A stretch of DNA of 64,000 nt from an uncultured cyanobacterium. Lineage in GTDB: Bacteria; Cyanobacteriota; Cyanobacteriia; Cyanobacteriales; Cyanobacteriaceae. The DNA lies in the NCBI GenBank assembly GCA_963749915.1, contig CAVVOP010000008.1:160001-224000 (forward strand), read 5' to 3'. Shown piece after piece: positions 23,123-33,597 of the stretch. How positions within the stretch are numbered: position 1 is the first letter of the stretch; each line of letters opens with the position of its first letter. The position numbers and the translations under genes are program-made. The notes beneath the pieces were generated by a model, which saw only the letters and a program-made list of their open reading frames with translations, made no database searches and was not told the DNA's origin.

Positions 23123-23176
23123 ATTAATTAAATTATATTAATTAAATTAAATTAAATTAAATTAAATTATAAATTA
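23123..23176. repeat. (ATTAA)n pentamer tract
   Basis: Five perfect attaa units at 23141-23165 plus degenerate flanks. Confidence 0.8.
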
Positions 23177-23197
23177 CATTGATCAGGAAAAACTACT

Positions 23198-23560
23198 ATG
23201 GCTACAATATTGCTTGTGGAAGATAATGAAATGAATAGGGATATGCTCTCCAGAAGGTTAAAACGGAAGGGTTACAATGTGATAATAGCTGTGGACGGAG
23301 AAAAAGGTGTCTCAATGGGGATTGCAGAAAAGCCTGATCTTATTTTAATGGACATGAGCCTTCCAATTATAGATGGTTGGGAAGCAACTAAACAATTGAA
23401 AACAAATAAGGAAACTCAATCTATTCCGATTATTGCTCTAACTGCCCATGCTATGACGGGCGATCGAGAAAAAGCCTTGGCGGCTGGATGTGATGACTAT
23501 GATACAAAACCAATTGAATTGAACAGATTATTAGGCAAAATAGAAACTCTCATTAGTTAG
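23198..23560 (+). CDS. Single-domain response regulator (DivK/CheY-like)
   Basis: LLVEDN, LMDMSLP, TAHAM, KP. Confidence 0.95.
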   Translation: MATILLVEDNEMNRDMLSRRLKRKGYNVIIAVDGEKGVSMGIAEKPDLILMDMSLPIIDGWEATKQLKTNKETQSIPIIALTAHAMTGDREKALAAGCDDYDTKPIELNRLLGKIETLIS

Positions 23561-23606
23561 AATTATTGTCTAATCATTATTAACTATAAGCCAAATTAGC
23601 TATAAA

Positions 23607-25400
23607 ATGAACAGTCAAGAGCAACCTAGTAACCACTATATTGCAACTATAAGACACGAACTTCGTACTCCCATTAATGCCATCATTGGCTATAGTGAAA
23701 TGTTAATTGAGGATTTAGAGCAAGAAGATTCAGATTTAATCTGCGAACTGGAAAAAATTTTGGTTGGGGGATATGAACTTCTCTCTATTATCAAAAAGAT
23801 TCTTGAGCCGCCGAGTATAAACCCCAGTGAATCTTCCCTAAATTTAGCCAACATCTGGGAAAATACTGAAATTGAACTGTCTCCTTCCCTCAGCAGGATT
23901 CTCGATCACTGTCAAATGGCTTTGGAAAAAACTAAAAACAGTGAGGTGAATGCAGATATTGGCAGAATTAAACAAGCAGGAATAAATTTGCAAACTCTGA
24001 TCCAAAATAAGACTCTTTCTCCTGAAACCTCTTTGACGGATAACCCCGAAAAACAATCTGATCTTAATCAAAATGATCCCGACGATCTAATTACCATAGG
24101 ACAACAAAAAAACAAGCAACAAAACATTGGGCCGTCGAAATATCATCAAGGCAATATTTTAATAGTAGATGACAATGAGAATAACAGAGAACTACTATCT
24201 CGACAATTGGAAAAAGAAGGTTATACTTTTGCCCAAGCTAGCGGTGGAAGAAAAGCTTTGGCAATGATCGGTACAGGAGATTATGATCTGGTTCTTCTCG
24301 ATTTGCTAATGCCTGAATTAAACGGATACCAAGTATTAGCAGCACTAAAAGCTAATTCTCAATGGCAACATATTCCAGTAATTATGATCTCTGCCTTAGA
24401 TGAACTGGATAGTATTATTAAATGTATTGAGATTGGTGCTGAGGATTATTTACCAAAACCTTTTAATCCTATTTTACTCAAAGCGAGAATTGGTGCGAGC
24501 TTAGAGAAAAAACGACTAAGGGATCTAGAACAGCAATATCTTCAACAAGTAGAAGAATATTCCCAAAAACTCAACCAAGAGTTAGAAATAGGACGCACCA
24601 TGCAACAAAATTTCCTCCCTGCCAATTTACTAAATAGACCTGGTTGGAAATTTGCTTCTTTCTTTAAACCAGCCCGTCAAGTTGCCGGAGACTTCTACGA
24701 TATGTTTGAGCTACAGGAAAATAACATAGCATTGGTAATAGCTGATGTATGTGATAAAGGCGTTGGTGCGGCTTTATTTATGGCCCTATTTCGCAGTTTA
24801 ATTAGGATCTTTTCCCTGGAAAATAAATTAGAAGATAATCTTGACAATCTTTTCTTAGCTAGTAAGCCTCCTACAAATGGTTGGCTGGGTGAGCATAAGA
24901 CTAATCTAGACCATTTCAAAGCTCTACAATCAGTGGCTTTGACGAATAACTATGTTGCAGAGAATCATGGCGATTTGGGGATGTTTGCTACCTTATTCTT
25001 GGGAGTCCTAGAACCGACAACAGGATTACTTACTTATATAAATGGGGGTCATGAACCTTTATTTATCCTTAACCCTCAGGGAAGAATTAAACAACAACTT
25101 AATTCTACTGGACCTGCTGTGGGAATGTTACCTGATATTAATTTTAATATTCAGCAACTTTATCTTGAATCAGGAGATATTCTGTTTGGCTACACTGATG
25201 GTGTAACTGAAGCTCGCTCTATTGACCGAGAATTTTTTACTGACAAAAGACTTAAACTTTTACTGCATCAATCAGGATCATCTGCCACAGATATAATCGA
25301 CCATGTTTCCCAAAATCTATTAGATTACATTGGCGAAGCTGATCAATTTGATGATATTACTATGTTAGCTGTCCAAAAATTAGACCATAATGTCGTTTAG
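23607..25400 (+). CDS. HisKA-like + REC + PP2C (SpoIIE/RsbU-type) phosphatase
   Basis: HELRTPINAIIGYSE without HATPase motifs; REC DLLMP; VAGDFYD, ADVCDKG, YTDGVTE, DDITML. Confidence 0.92.
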   Translation: MNSQEQPSNHYIATIRHELRTPINAIIGYSEMLIEDLEQEDSDLICELEKILVGGYELLSIIKKILEPPSINPSESSLNLANIWENTEIELSPSLSRILDHCQMALEKTKNSEVNADIGRIKQAGINLQTLIQNKTLSPETSLTDNPEKQSDLNQNDPDDLITIGQQKNKQQNIGPSKYHQGNILIVDDNENNRELLSRQLEKEGYTFAQASGGRKALAMIGTGDYDLVLLDLLMPELNGYQVLAALKANSQWQHIPVIMISALDELDSIIKCIEIGAEDYLPKPFNPILLKARIGASLEKKRLRDLEQQYLQQVEEYSQKLNQELEIGRTMQQNFLPANLLNRPGWKFASFFKPARQVAGDFYDMFELQENNIALVIADVCDKGVGAALFMALFRSLIRIFSLENKLEDNLDNLFLASKPPTNGWLGEHKTNLDHFKALQSVALTNNYVAENHGDLGMFATLFLGVLEPTTGLLTYINGGHEPLFILNPQGRIKQQLNSTGPAVGMLPDINFNIQQLYLESGDILFGYTDGVTEARSIDREFFTDKRLKLLLHQSGSSATDIIDHVSQNLLDYIGEADQFDDITMLAVQKLDHNVV

Positions 25401-25519
25401 TTAAGGTGAGTTCCACGGAGGCTGAAACCCCAATTCGATGGATGGTAGGCCAAAACCCCATTGTATTTATTGAACGCAATTTTGAACTATCATAGAATAA
25501 TTATTAATCTCAAAGTCTT

Positions 25520-27454
25520 TTGCCCAGCAATTTAGATTTTGTCGTTGTCGAAGAAGGTAAAACATTTAAAGTGTCATTTGTCATGAATAATCCTATTCCT
25601 ACCAATATAGAAGCGAGAAATGCGGCTAACGATTTTCATCCCGACGAGAAAGAGTCCGAATGGGAATTTCTTTTCACCAGAGCCATCGAATTTCGACAAG
25701 AAACTATTTATTTTATCATTGTTGATCGTTTTTTTGATGGTGATAGTAATAATAATCCCGGACCTAATCCAGAATTATATGATCCCGATCGCAATTATTG
25801 GGGAAAATATTGGGGTGGTGATTTACAAGGAATTGTAACTAAATTAGAATATCTAAAAAATTTAGGGGTAACGGCAATCTGGATTTCTCCTCTATTCGAA
25901 CAGGTAGAGTCTTTACAATTCGAGTTTGCACCAATGCACGGCTATTGGACTAAAGATTTTAAAAGGATTAATCCTCGTTTTTTAGCTTTAGGAGAAGATA
26001 ACACTTTATCTGAATGTAAAGCATTCCGTAGTTTGGTTGACAAAGCCCATCAGTTGAAAATTAAAGTCATCTTAGATATTGTTTGTAATCACAGTAGTCC
26101 GGATGTTAACGGGGAAAAAGGTAAACTTTATGATGATGGTGTTTTGATTGCCGATTACTATCATGACAGTAATAATTGGTATTATCACAATCCCGAAATT
26201 ACCGACTGGGAAAACGAAGATCAATTGTTACACTATGAAATGATGGGTTTAGCAACTTTTAATGAAAGTAATATCGATTATCGAAATTATATGAAAGATG
26301 CTATTAAACAATGGTTAGATCAAGGTATTGATGCTCTAAGGATTGACACAGTTAAACATATGCCTCTCTGGTTTTGGCAAGAATTTTTGGGAGATTTGAA
26401 AACCCATCGCCCTGATTTATTTGCCTTTGGAGAATGGGGCTTTGGTAAACCTCTCGATGGCAAATCAGCGCAATTCGCCAATGAATCAGGAATGTCAATT
26501 TTGGATTTCGGTTTATCCGGGGCAATTCGTGAATGTTTGGGAAAAAATGCGGAGGGTGGATTCCATTTGCTCCAAGATATTTTTGATCTTGATTATCTTT
26601 ACAACACTGCCACTGAATTAATTACCTTTTTCGATAACCATGATATGTCTCGTTTTGGGAGCTTAAATCCCGATGGGAAGGCTTTGCGGTTGGCTGTGGC
26701 CTTAATCATGACTTGTCGAGGAATTCCCTGCATTTATTATGGTACGGAACAATATTTACATAATGATACTAATGGCGGAGAAGATCCTTACAATCGACCG
26801 ATGATGGATAAATGGGACACTAATACGCCAATTTATCGGGATTTAGGCAGGTTATCTAAATTGAGAAGAATTAATCCGGCTGTTTCTTTGGGTAGTCAAA
26901 TACAAAAGTATCTCACCGATGATATTTTTTGCTTTTTAAGGTGCTATCGTGATTATCGTTGTTTAGTTTGTTTCAATAAATCTTATCAAGGTTATCACAT
27001 TGATCTACTCAATACCGAGTTAGTTGATGGGGAATATTATTGCACTTTAACTAATAAAAAAGTAGAGGTGATTAACGGAAATCTTCATAATTTATATTTA
27101 CCACCTCAAGAAGTCCTAATTTTTAACTATTTAGGGGAAAAAGTACAAGGTACAACTATTGTTAGAGCTCAACTTAACGGTATTAGAACTAATCTCGGCG
27201 AGTTTTTAGTAGTTATCGGAAATTGCCCTGAATTGGGCAATTGGGATATTGAGAAAGGCTACCGATTAGAATACATCAATTCTAATACTTGGTTTGGAGA
27301 AATTTCTTTTCCTCAAAGTTGCGGGAAAGCAATTACCTATAAATATGCTTTAGTTAAGAGTAATGGAGAGATAGTAAGAGAAAATCGGGCATTAAGACCC
27401 TGGATTCTGGCTAATGATAATATAGCTAAGTGGACTGACACTTGGGAAAAGTAA
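25520..27454 (+). CDS. GH13 alpha-amylase/CGTase-like enzyme with C-terminal CBM20
   Basis: HGYW, DIVCNH, RIDTVKH, FDNHD; C-terminal VIGNCPELGNW starch-binding domain; start probably 25583. Confidence 0.9.
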   Translation: MPSNLDFVVVEEGKTFKVSFVMNNPIPTNIEARNAANDFHPDEKESEWEFLFTRAIEFRQETIYFIIVDRFFDGDSNNNPGPNPELYDPDRNYWGKYWGGDLQGIVTKLEYLKNLGVTAIWISPLFEQVESLQFEFAPMHGYWTKDFKRINPRFLALGEDNTLSECKAFRSLVDKAHQLKIKVILDIVCNHSSPDVNGEKGKLYDDGVLIADYYHDSNNWYYHNPEITDWENEDQLLHYEMMGLATFNESNIDYRNYMKDAIKQWLDQGIDALRIDTVKHMPLWFWQEFLGDLKTHRPDLFAFGEWGFGKPLDGKSAQFANESGMSILDFGLSGAIRECLGKNAEGGFHLLQDIFDLDYLYNTATELITFFDNHDMSRFGSLNPDGKALRLAVALIMTCRGIPCIYYGTEQYLHNDTNGGEDPYNRPMMDKWDTNTPIYRDLGRLSKLRRINPAVSLGSQIQKYLTDDIFCFLRCYRDYRCLVCFNKSYQGYHIDLLNTELVDGEYYCTLTNKKVEVINGNLHNLYLPPQEVLIFNYLGEKVQGTTIVRAQLNGIRTNLGEFLVVIGNCPELGNWDIEKGYRLEYINSNTWFGEISFPQSCGKAITYKYALVKSNGEIVRENRALRPWILANDNIAKWTDTWEK

Positions 27455-27491
27455 TCGACCTCAGTTATCACGGCATGAGACTAAAGCTAAA

Positions 27492-27953
27492 TCAGCTTTT
27501 AGTCAAATTGACAATGAAAGTATTGTAATTAATGTTCTCCTTGCGTTCATATAAAAATTGATCAACTCCATCAATCGCCAAATAAATACCTAAATTGCCG
27601 ATCGGTCTTTCCTCTATTGGTTTATCGATATTTTGGCTTTCGGGAATAATTTGCTCTTGAGGATCGAAATAATCTGCCGTATCTTCTAAAGTGATAATTA
27701 ATTTTTGATTCTCTATTTTTTCTGTAATACTTATATTTCCCTCTTTTCCCGCTTCTTGATAACCGTGAATAATTATATTAGTAGCAATTTCATCCACTGC
27801 TAATCTCAATTTATAAGCTGTTTTTTTATCTAAATTAGCTATCTCTGAACTTTGCTTAACATATTGGGCAATTTTAGTCAGAGAATCAAGATCGGCCTGT
27901 ACAGTTAAAGTTTCCATGATCAATAATTTATGTTCAATTGGCTTGGCAATCAT
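27492..27953 (-). CDS. RsbW/SpoIIAB-like anti-sigma Ser kinase (Slr1861-like)
   Basis: LAVDEIATNIIIHGY, D..FDP, GNLGIYL. Confidence 0.9.
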   Translation of the reverse strand: MIAKPIEHKLLIMETLTVQADLDSLTKIAQYVKQSSEIANLDKKTAYKLRLAVDEIATNIIIHGYQEAGKEGNISITEKIENQKLIITLEDTADYFDPQEQIIPESQNIDKPIEERPIGNLGIYLAIDGVDQFLYERKENINYNTFIVNLTKS

Positions 27954-27984
27954 ACCAAACCAATCAATAATCTTTTATTTTTAC

Positions 27985-28293
27985 CTATTCAATAATTTTG
28001 AAACTGTGTTGCAAACCGGCTTTTTTGATAGTGTCTAGTACCATTTCTTGGGGACTAACGACATCTACCTCTACATCGGTTCCCATTTTCTGTTTGGCAA
28101 ATACTAATACTCTTAAGCCAGCACTTGACATATATTCTAAATCAGCCATGTTTAGGACTAAAACCTTAACCTGTGTAGATGCCACCTCTTCAACTTTTTC
28201 TTTAAACTCATTGGCAACACTGCCATCCAATTCCCCACTTAAATCAATGGTAGCAACATCATCATTGATGGTTAAATTTGCACTAAAACTCAT
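27985..28293 (-). CDS. STAS anti-sigma-factor antagonist (Slr1859-like)
   Basis: LSGELD, LEYMSSAGLR phospho-Ser motif. Confidence 0.92.
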   Translation of the reverse strand: MSFSANLTINDDVATIDLSGELDGSVANEFKEKVEEVASTQVKVLVLNMADLEYMSSAGLRVLVFAKQKMGTDVEVDVVSPQEMVLDTIKKAGLQHSFKIIE

Positions 28294-28338
28294 TTTGTTT
28301 CCTCTCAGGATTTTTATTGAATTAATTATGATTATGGT

Positions 28339-30456
28339 TTATTTTCCGACTAAAATAACCACAGAGCGATCGCCTACTAAAAAATCAGTTTGATTATTCA
28401 ATAACGGTTCACTATTGGGTTGATAAATGTCATCAGGAGAGTCAACCCCCGTATTGGCAAAAAGATGCCATTGCAACCCCAAAGGCAACTGAGGCAGTTC
28501 AAAGGGCAACCCTTGATAGTGCATATTGATAGCTACATAAATGTAGTTATCTTCAAAAGTTGCACCCTGGGCGTGTTTACCACAGAGCATGAAAGCAATG
28601 ACGGTACTACTACCAGACCAATCTGCATTCCAGGCCTTAGTTCCATGCCAAGTAATATCACCATAACCACTACCGACATAATCTCGATTTTGCAGATGAT
28701 AAGGACTCCTCAACACTGGGTGAGCGTGACGAAAAGCAATCATATTCTTGACAAAGCGGAATAAAGAGGCATTCTGACTGACTAAGTTCCAATCAAACCA
28801 ATTTAAGTCATTATCGTGGCAATAGGTGTTATTATTGCCTTTCTTAGTTCGCCCTACTTCATCACCCATTAACATCATTGGCACACCTTGACTTACTAAT
28901 AAAATTGCCATGGCATTTTTGATTTGCCTATTTCTCAGACGATTAATATCAGGATTATCAGTAGGGCCTTCTACTCCGCAATTCCAACTTTCATTATCAT
29001 TAGCTCCATCATTGTTGTTTTCGCCGTTAGCTAAATTATGTTTTTCATTGTAAGAGACTAAATCAGCTAAGGTAAACCCATCATGGGCAATGATAAAGTT
29101 AATTGATGAAGTTGGAGGACGATTTGCCCCTTGATAAATATCAGGAGAACCTGTTAGCCGTTGTGCCATTTCCCCTACTAGCCCCAAATCACCTTTGAGA
29201 AATTTGCGGACACAATCTCGATATTTGCCATTCCACTCTGCCCAACGTCCATAATTGGGGAATGAGCCAACTTGATAAAGTCCCCCTGCATCCCACGCCT
29301 CCGCAATTAATTCACATTTAGCCAAAATGGGATCAAAGGCTAAAGTCTCCAGTAGAGGGGGATTTGCTAAAGGTGCCCCCCAAGGATCTCGTCCTAAAAT
29401 GGAAGCTAAGTCAAAGCGAAAACCATCGATGTGGTATTCTTCTGCCCAATAGCGGAGGCAGTCTAACACCATCTGACGAACGATGGGATTGTTACAGTTG
29501 AGGGTATTTCCTGTGCCACTAAAATTAAAATAGTAACCTTCTGGGGTGAGCATATAATAGGTTTGGTTATCTATGCCTCGGAAGGATATATAAGGACCTT
29601 TTTCATTACCTTCAGCTGTGTGATTAAAGACCACATCAAGAAGAACCGAAATACCATTTTTATGGAGTTGTTTAATTAAGTTTTTCAGTTCATCTACCTG
29701 CATTCCATACTTACCCGTTGCCGCAAAGGCAGCTTTCGGGGCGAAAAAACCGACGGTACTATAACCCCAATAATTATAGAGTGTTTCCCCTGTTTCCTGG
29801 TTAATACGGCTATTTTCGAACTCATCAAACTCGTAAATGGGCATTAATTCAATACAATTAATACCCAATTCTTTCAGGTAAGGTATTTTCTCGATAATTC
29901 CAGCAAAAGTACCGGGGTGTTTAACTCCTGATGAGGGATGCCGGGTAAAGCTACGTACGTGCATTTCGTAGATCATCAGATCTTGGGAGGGGATTTGCAA
30001 AGGCAGATCATCTTCCCAATCAAAGTCATCAAAAGCCAATCTAGCTCGATGCTGATAGATATTATCCCAATTGGGTTCTACCCCCCACACATCCCTACCA
30101 CCGATTATTTTGGCATAAGGATCAAGCAGAATCTTCTCCTGATTAAACCAGTGTCCTTGTTGAACATCAAAAGGACCATCCATGCGATAACCGTACTCGA
30201 TGTTTTCATAGTCGAGGCCAAAAACCACCATACAGAAAACATTACCAATTCTAAATTCTGTCGGAAAAGGTATTTCTACCAAGGGAGTGGGAGAATGTTT
30301 TTCAAACAAAACTAATGTACATGATGTGGCATGGCTAGAATAAACTGAGAAATTAACTCCTCCTGGTACGAAAGTTGCTCCAAAAGGAAAGCATTTCCCG
30401 CAACGCAATTTAAAATCACCATGTTGATGAGTAGGATGAATGTCAATCCGTTCCAT
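28339..30456 (-). CDS. glgX: Glycogen debranching enzyme / isoamylase
   Basis: NYWGY, DVVFNHTAEG, DGFRFDLAS, AEAWD, AHDGFTL. Confidence 0.95.
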   Translation of the reverse strand: MERIDIHPTHQHGDFKLRCGKCFPFGATFVPGGVNFSVYSSHATSCTLVLFEKHSPTPLVEIPFPTEFRIGNVFCMVVFGLDYENIEYGYRMDGPFDVQQGHWFNQEKILLDPYAKIIGGRDVWGVEPNWDNIYQHRARLAFDDFDWEDDLPLQIPSQDLMIYEMHVRSFTRHPSSGVKHPGTFAGIIEKIPYLKELGINCIELMPIYEFDEFENSRINQETGETLYNYWGYSTVGFFAPKAAFAATGKYGMQVDELKNLIKQLHKNGISVLLDVVFNHTAEGNEKGPYISFRGIDNQTYYMLTPEGYYFNFSGTGNTLNCNNPIVRQMVLDCLRYWAEEYHIDGFRFDLASILGRDPWGAPLANPPLLETLAFDPILAKCELIAEAWDAGGLYQVGSFPNYGRWAEWNGKYRDCVRKFLKGDLGLVGEMAQRLTGSPDIYQGANRPPTSSINFIIAHDGFTLADLVSYNEKHNLANGENNNDGANDNESWNCGVEGPTDNPDINRLRNRQIKNAMAILLVSQGVPMMLMGDEVGRTKKGNNNTYCHDNDLNWFDWNLVSQNASLFRFVKNMIAFRHAHPVLRSPYHLQNRDYVGSGYGDITWHGTKAWNADWSGSSTVIAFMLCGKHAQGATFEDNYIYVAINMHYQGLPFELPQLPLGLQWHLFANTGVDSPDDIYQPNSEPLLNNQTDFLVGDRSVVILVGK

Positions 30457-30472
30457 GTTGTGCTTCCTAAAT

Positions 30473-30805
30473 TTAAGTTAGTGCGCTTAACCCTGCTTCG
30501 ACAGTGGGGCAAGTAGTGAAAAATTGGAGGAAGCCTGTAACTTCCATGGTATCTCTAATTTCTTCTGATAATCCCACCAGTACTAATTTTCCGGCTTGAC
30601 TGGTAACAGTGCGATATAGTTTCAAGAGCATTCTCAAGCCTGCACTGGACATATAAGGAACATCACTTAAGTCAAGCAGAATTTTACTGGTGGATTTACT
30701 CAGATTTAGTACTTCTGAACTAATACCAGGAGATGTATTAGCATCAATCTCTCCACTGAGTTCAGCTATACAGACATCTCCTTCTTCTCTAGTCTTAATA
30801 TTCAT
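30473..30805 (-). CDS. STAS anti-sigma-factor antagonist (Slr1856-like)
   Basis: LSGEID, VPYMSSAGLR. Confidence 0.92.
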   Translation of the reverse strand: MNIKTREEGDVCIAELSGEIDANTSPGISSEVLNLSKSTSKILLDLSDVPYMSSAGLRMLLKLYRTVTSQAGKLVLVGLSEEIRDTMEVTGFLQFFTTCPTVEAGLSALT

Positions 30806-30852
30806 AGGATAATTGACAATTGATAGTTGACAGTTGAGATCTTGATTGTTCC

Positions 30853-32676
30853 TTAAATAGGAACTATTGTGACTTTGACTTTAACCCGTTCTTTAGTTTC
30901 TGGGAGAGTTACCGTTAATTTTTGGGGATCAAAGCTCTGGTAATCTTCTCCGTCAATGGTTACCGACTTAATTTTGATACTGTTAGGGGGCAAAATGTCA
31001 GGGGAAATTCTTAAAATATTATCAGGGAAGCCACCGGGGATTGGTTTAAAGTAAAAGTCCATCGGTTGTTTAGTCACCAACAAGTTAGTATAAACTGCCG
31101 CCAAATAACATAGTTCAAAGGAATGATAACCACTCATCGAGTGACTTCCTTTCCCTCTTTCGTTTCCACCTGCTAAGTAGGGTAGTCCATTGGCAAGGAC
31201 GTTAAAGTAAATACCGCCATCTTCCAAATCTAAGAACCAAGCGTTGTAAAAGGCGGCTGACTCTCTGGCTAAACTGTGATATTTCTTGTCATCCAACACT
31301 CCTGCCAGAATAAAATATGCTAGGATCATTTGTTCTTGTTGCCACCAAGGTTTGCGATCGTGCCAAACAAAACGATGGAATTTTTCCCCTTCAGCGACTA
31401 AACGCTCAACTACATCATAACAACCTCCTCTTTGGCGATCGCTACCATGTTCTGTCATTAAATCAGCAATTTTACAGGCTAATTCTTGATATTCAGTTTT
31501 AGCCTTGAGGCTATTCATCCGCATCAAGTTCCAAGCAATTTTATAGTTATGCCCAACCACCCCACGATTTTGTTGCCAGCCCCAAGTGGTATCATGGGAC
31601 CAATCTTCATAGAATTTTTCTTGGACAAAAGGACTGTTTTCATAATCAGGAAAATACTTAACAATAGTATCAAAAGTATATTCCAACATATCGGCGTATT
31701 CTTGTTTACCAGTAGCCAGCCAGAGATTAATTAGGTAAGCAGGAGCATGATCACCTACAGAGTTCCAGTTTTTTCTGCCTTTATTTTGTCCTAATGTTTC
31801 ACTACGAGGATCTAACATTACAGGATCTAAATGGGAGAAGTAACCACCATATTCACTTTTATCAAGGAAGAAATCATCAAACAACTTAATTGTTTTTTCC
31901 GTGTCCTCCATAATGCGAGGATCCCCATTACAACGATAAGTTTGAATTGGTCCGGCTAAAGCATAAATTTGTTCGTAGGCAGGAATCGCATCATAATCAT
32001 CCCCAAATTCTGAGGCAAAAATCTTCTGTTCCCGATCGCCTTGAACATCAATGCCGTGGTACCAATAAACAATTCCCTCATCTAAATCCTCGAACCTCAT
32101 GTGTTCTCGCAAGTATTCTGTACCTGCCTCTGCCGCTTCTAGAAAATCATCATTTCCCGTCATCAGAAAAGCACTGGCAAAACCGTAAACCAAGCGAGAA
32201 ATTGTATCGGTTTCTTGGCGAAAATTAGTTTCAGAACGAACACCCCCCAAAGAAAGACTGGTGCGATAAAAACGATAATCATATTCATCCGCGTCACCAA
32301 ACTGAGCTTTGAGATAGAATTTGCCGAGAGAATTAATTTGATGTACCCACCAATTTTGTTTTTCAAAGACAAAATCATCTTTGTGACGACCGGCAAAAAC
32401 CAACTGTTTAGCGTCAAAATAATCACTATCAGGATAAAAAACACCGTAAACAAAGACAAATCTGCCGGGTTCTAACATTGATCGCATTGTCCCTGTGGCG
32501 TCAGGATAACCCTCATCAAAGTTTTGAATTAGCTTGGCAAACGCCATTTTACTTAATTTGACTTGATATTCCTGACCATCTGAGGTTTTAATACCAAAAG
32601 TTTCTTGATCCGAATTGTAGTTAGTTACATAACCAGCAATGAGATCAGAAATAGGGGATTTAATGTTAATGCTCAT
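30853..32676 (-). CDS. AGE-family (N-acylglucosamine 2-epimerase-like) protein (Slr1855-like)
   Basis: SRLVYGFA, NWNSVGDH, VVGHNYKIAW, WWQQEQ, GYH motifs of the (alpha/alpha)6 AGE fold, with N- and C-terminal extensions. Confidence 0.8.
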   Translation of the reverse strand: MSINIKSPISDLIAGYVTNYNSDQETFGIKTSDGQEYQVKLSKMAFAKLIQNFDEGYPDATGTMRSMLEPGRFVFVYGVFYPDSDYFDAKQLVFAGRHKDDFVFEKQNWWVHQINSLGKFYLKAQFGDADEYDYRFYRTSLSLGGVRSETNFRQETDTISRLVYGFASAFLMTGNDDFLEAAEAGTEYLREHMRFEDLDEGIVYWYHGIDVQGDREQKIFASEFGDDYDAIPAYEQIYALAGPIQTYRCNGDPRIMEDTEKTIKLFDDFFLDKSEYGGYFSHLDPVMLDPRSETLGQNKGRKNWNSVGDHAPAYLINLWLATGKQEYADMLEYTFDTIVKYFPDYENSPFVQEKFYEDWSHDTTWGWQQNRGVVGHNYKIAWNLMRMNSLKAKTEYQELACKIADLMTEHGSDRQRGGCYDVVERLVAEGEKFHRFVWHDRKPWWQQEQMILAYFILAGVLDDKKYHSLARESAAFYNAWFLDLEDGGIYFNVLANGLPYLAGGNERGKGSHSMSGYHSFELCYLAAVYTNLLVTKQPMDFYFKPIPGGFPDNILRISPDILPPNSIKIKSVTIDGEDYQSFDPQKLTVTLPETKERVKVKVTIVPI

Positions 32677-32718
32677 AATTTTTTACGTTATTCCATCCAA
32701 TTTTTGTCAACAATTAAT

Positions 32719-33312
32719 TTATTTTTCCATTTCTGCTAAAAAAGCATCTAGGAATTGATCGACCACGCCGGGATGTTTCCCCGTAATTAAGTTGCCATCG
32801 ATAACCAAATCAGCAGTTACATCATCAGGATCATAAACTACTTGCGCACCAGCATTTTCTACATCACAAATAATGTTATGAGCACAGGTAACTTTTTTAT
32901 TTTTTAGTAAATCTGGATCGGCACAAAATAACCATAAACTGTGACAAATTGTGCCTAATTTAGTTTTGTTGCCCGCCACTGCTTTGCGTAAAAACTCCAC
33001 GGCAGGGGCAGTATTTTTTTGTCCCTTTTTAACATTTACCTGATACCTTAACCTATCCATGGCATAAGCACCAATACAAATGATACCTTTATAATCTTCT
33101 GGTTGAACATTGTTGACTTCGGTTGTCACGGTAACATGATATTCTATTTGGTCATTTTCGGGATTGGAACCAAATTTTAAAGATTCATTTCCCCATAAAT
33201 GGGAGACATAATCTACTTCATAGCCATTTTCTGGAAAAAATTCGTTGAAACGCCTAAATTCTGTAGCATCAAAATGTTCTTCGATAAGAACGGCAATTTT
33301 TCCTTTAGACAT
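32719..33312 (-). CDS. DJ-1/PfpI family protein (Slr1854-like)
   Basis: N-terminal EEHFDATE, nucleophile ICHS, DGNLITG. Confidence 0.9.
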   Translation of the reverse strand: MSKGKIAVLIEEHFDATEFRRFNEFFPENGYEVDYVSHLWGNESLKFGSNPENDQIEYHVTVTTEVNNVQPEDYKGIICIGAYAMDRLRYQVNVKKGQKNTAPAVEFLRKAVAGNKTKLGTICHSLWLFCADPDLLKNKKVTCAHNIICDVENAGAQVVYDPDDVTADLVIDGNLITGKHPGVVDQFLDAFLAEMEK

Positions 33313-33597
33313 TTTGTTTATGTTTTGCCTGTTTAATAAATTTAACTTGTTAAAGAATTACCTAGGTACGAAAAAAAACCAGTAATTCTGAGCTATCGCA
33401 ACCCAAAGTAAAGCCGACTAATAAATAAACAAGAAAGACTTCATCAAGATCCGCGAATATACTGAAAAAAATAACGTTTTTTCACTCAGTACATTCTAGG
33501 TTATTTAATTATTACTGGATCATTAAGAATTATTAAAAATGCGTTTTTTAAATAGAAGTTGTTTTTTATCCCAGTTTTCCCACGTCAAAAGGACTTT

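Noticed and set aside
27998..32475. Several 60-130 aa ORFs overlapping the STAS, glgX and AGE genes
   Set aside because: Antisense or alternate-frame shadows of well-supported genes; the same applies to most short ORFs nested in long CDSs across the window
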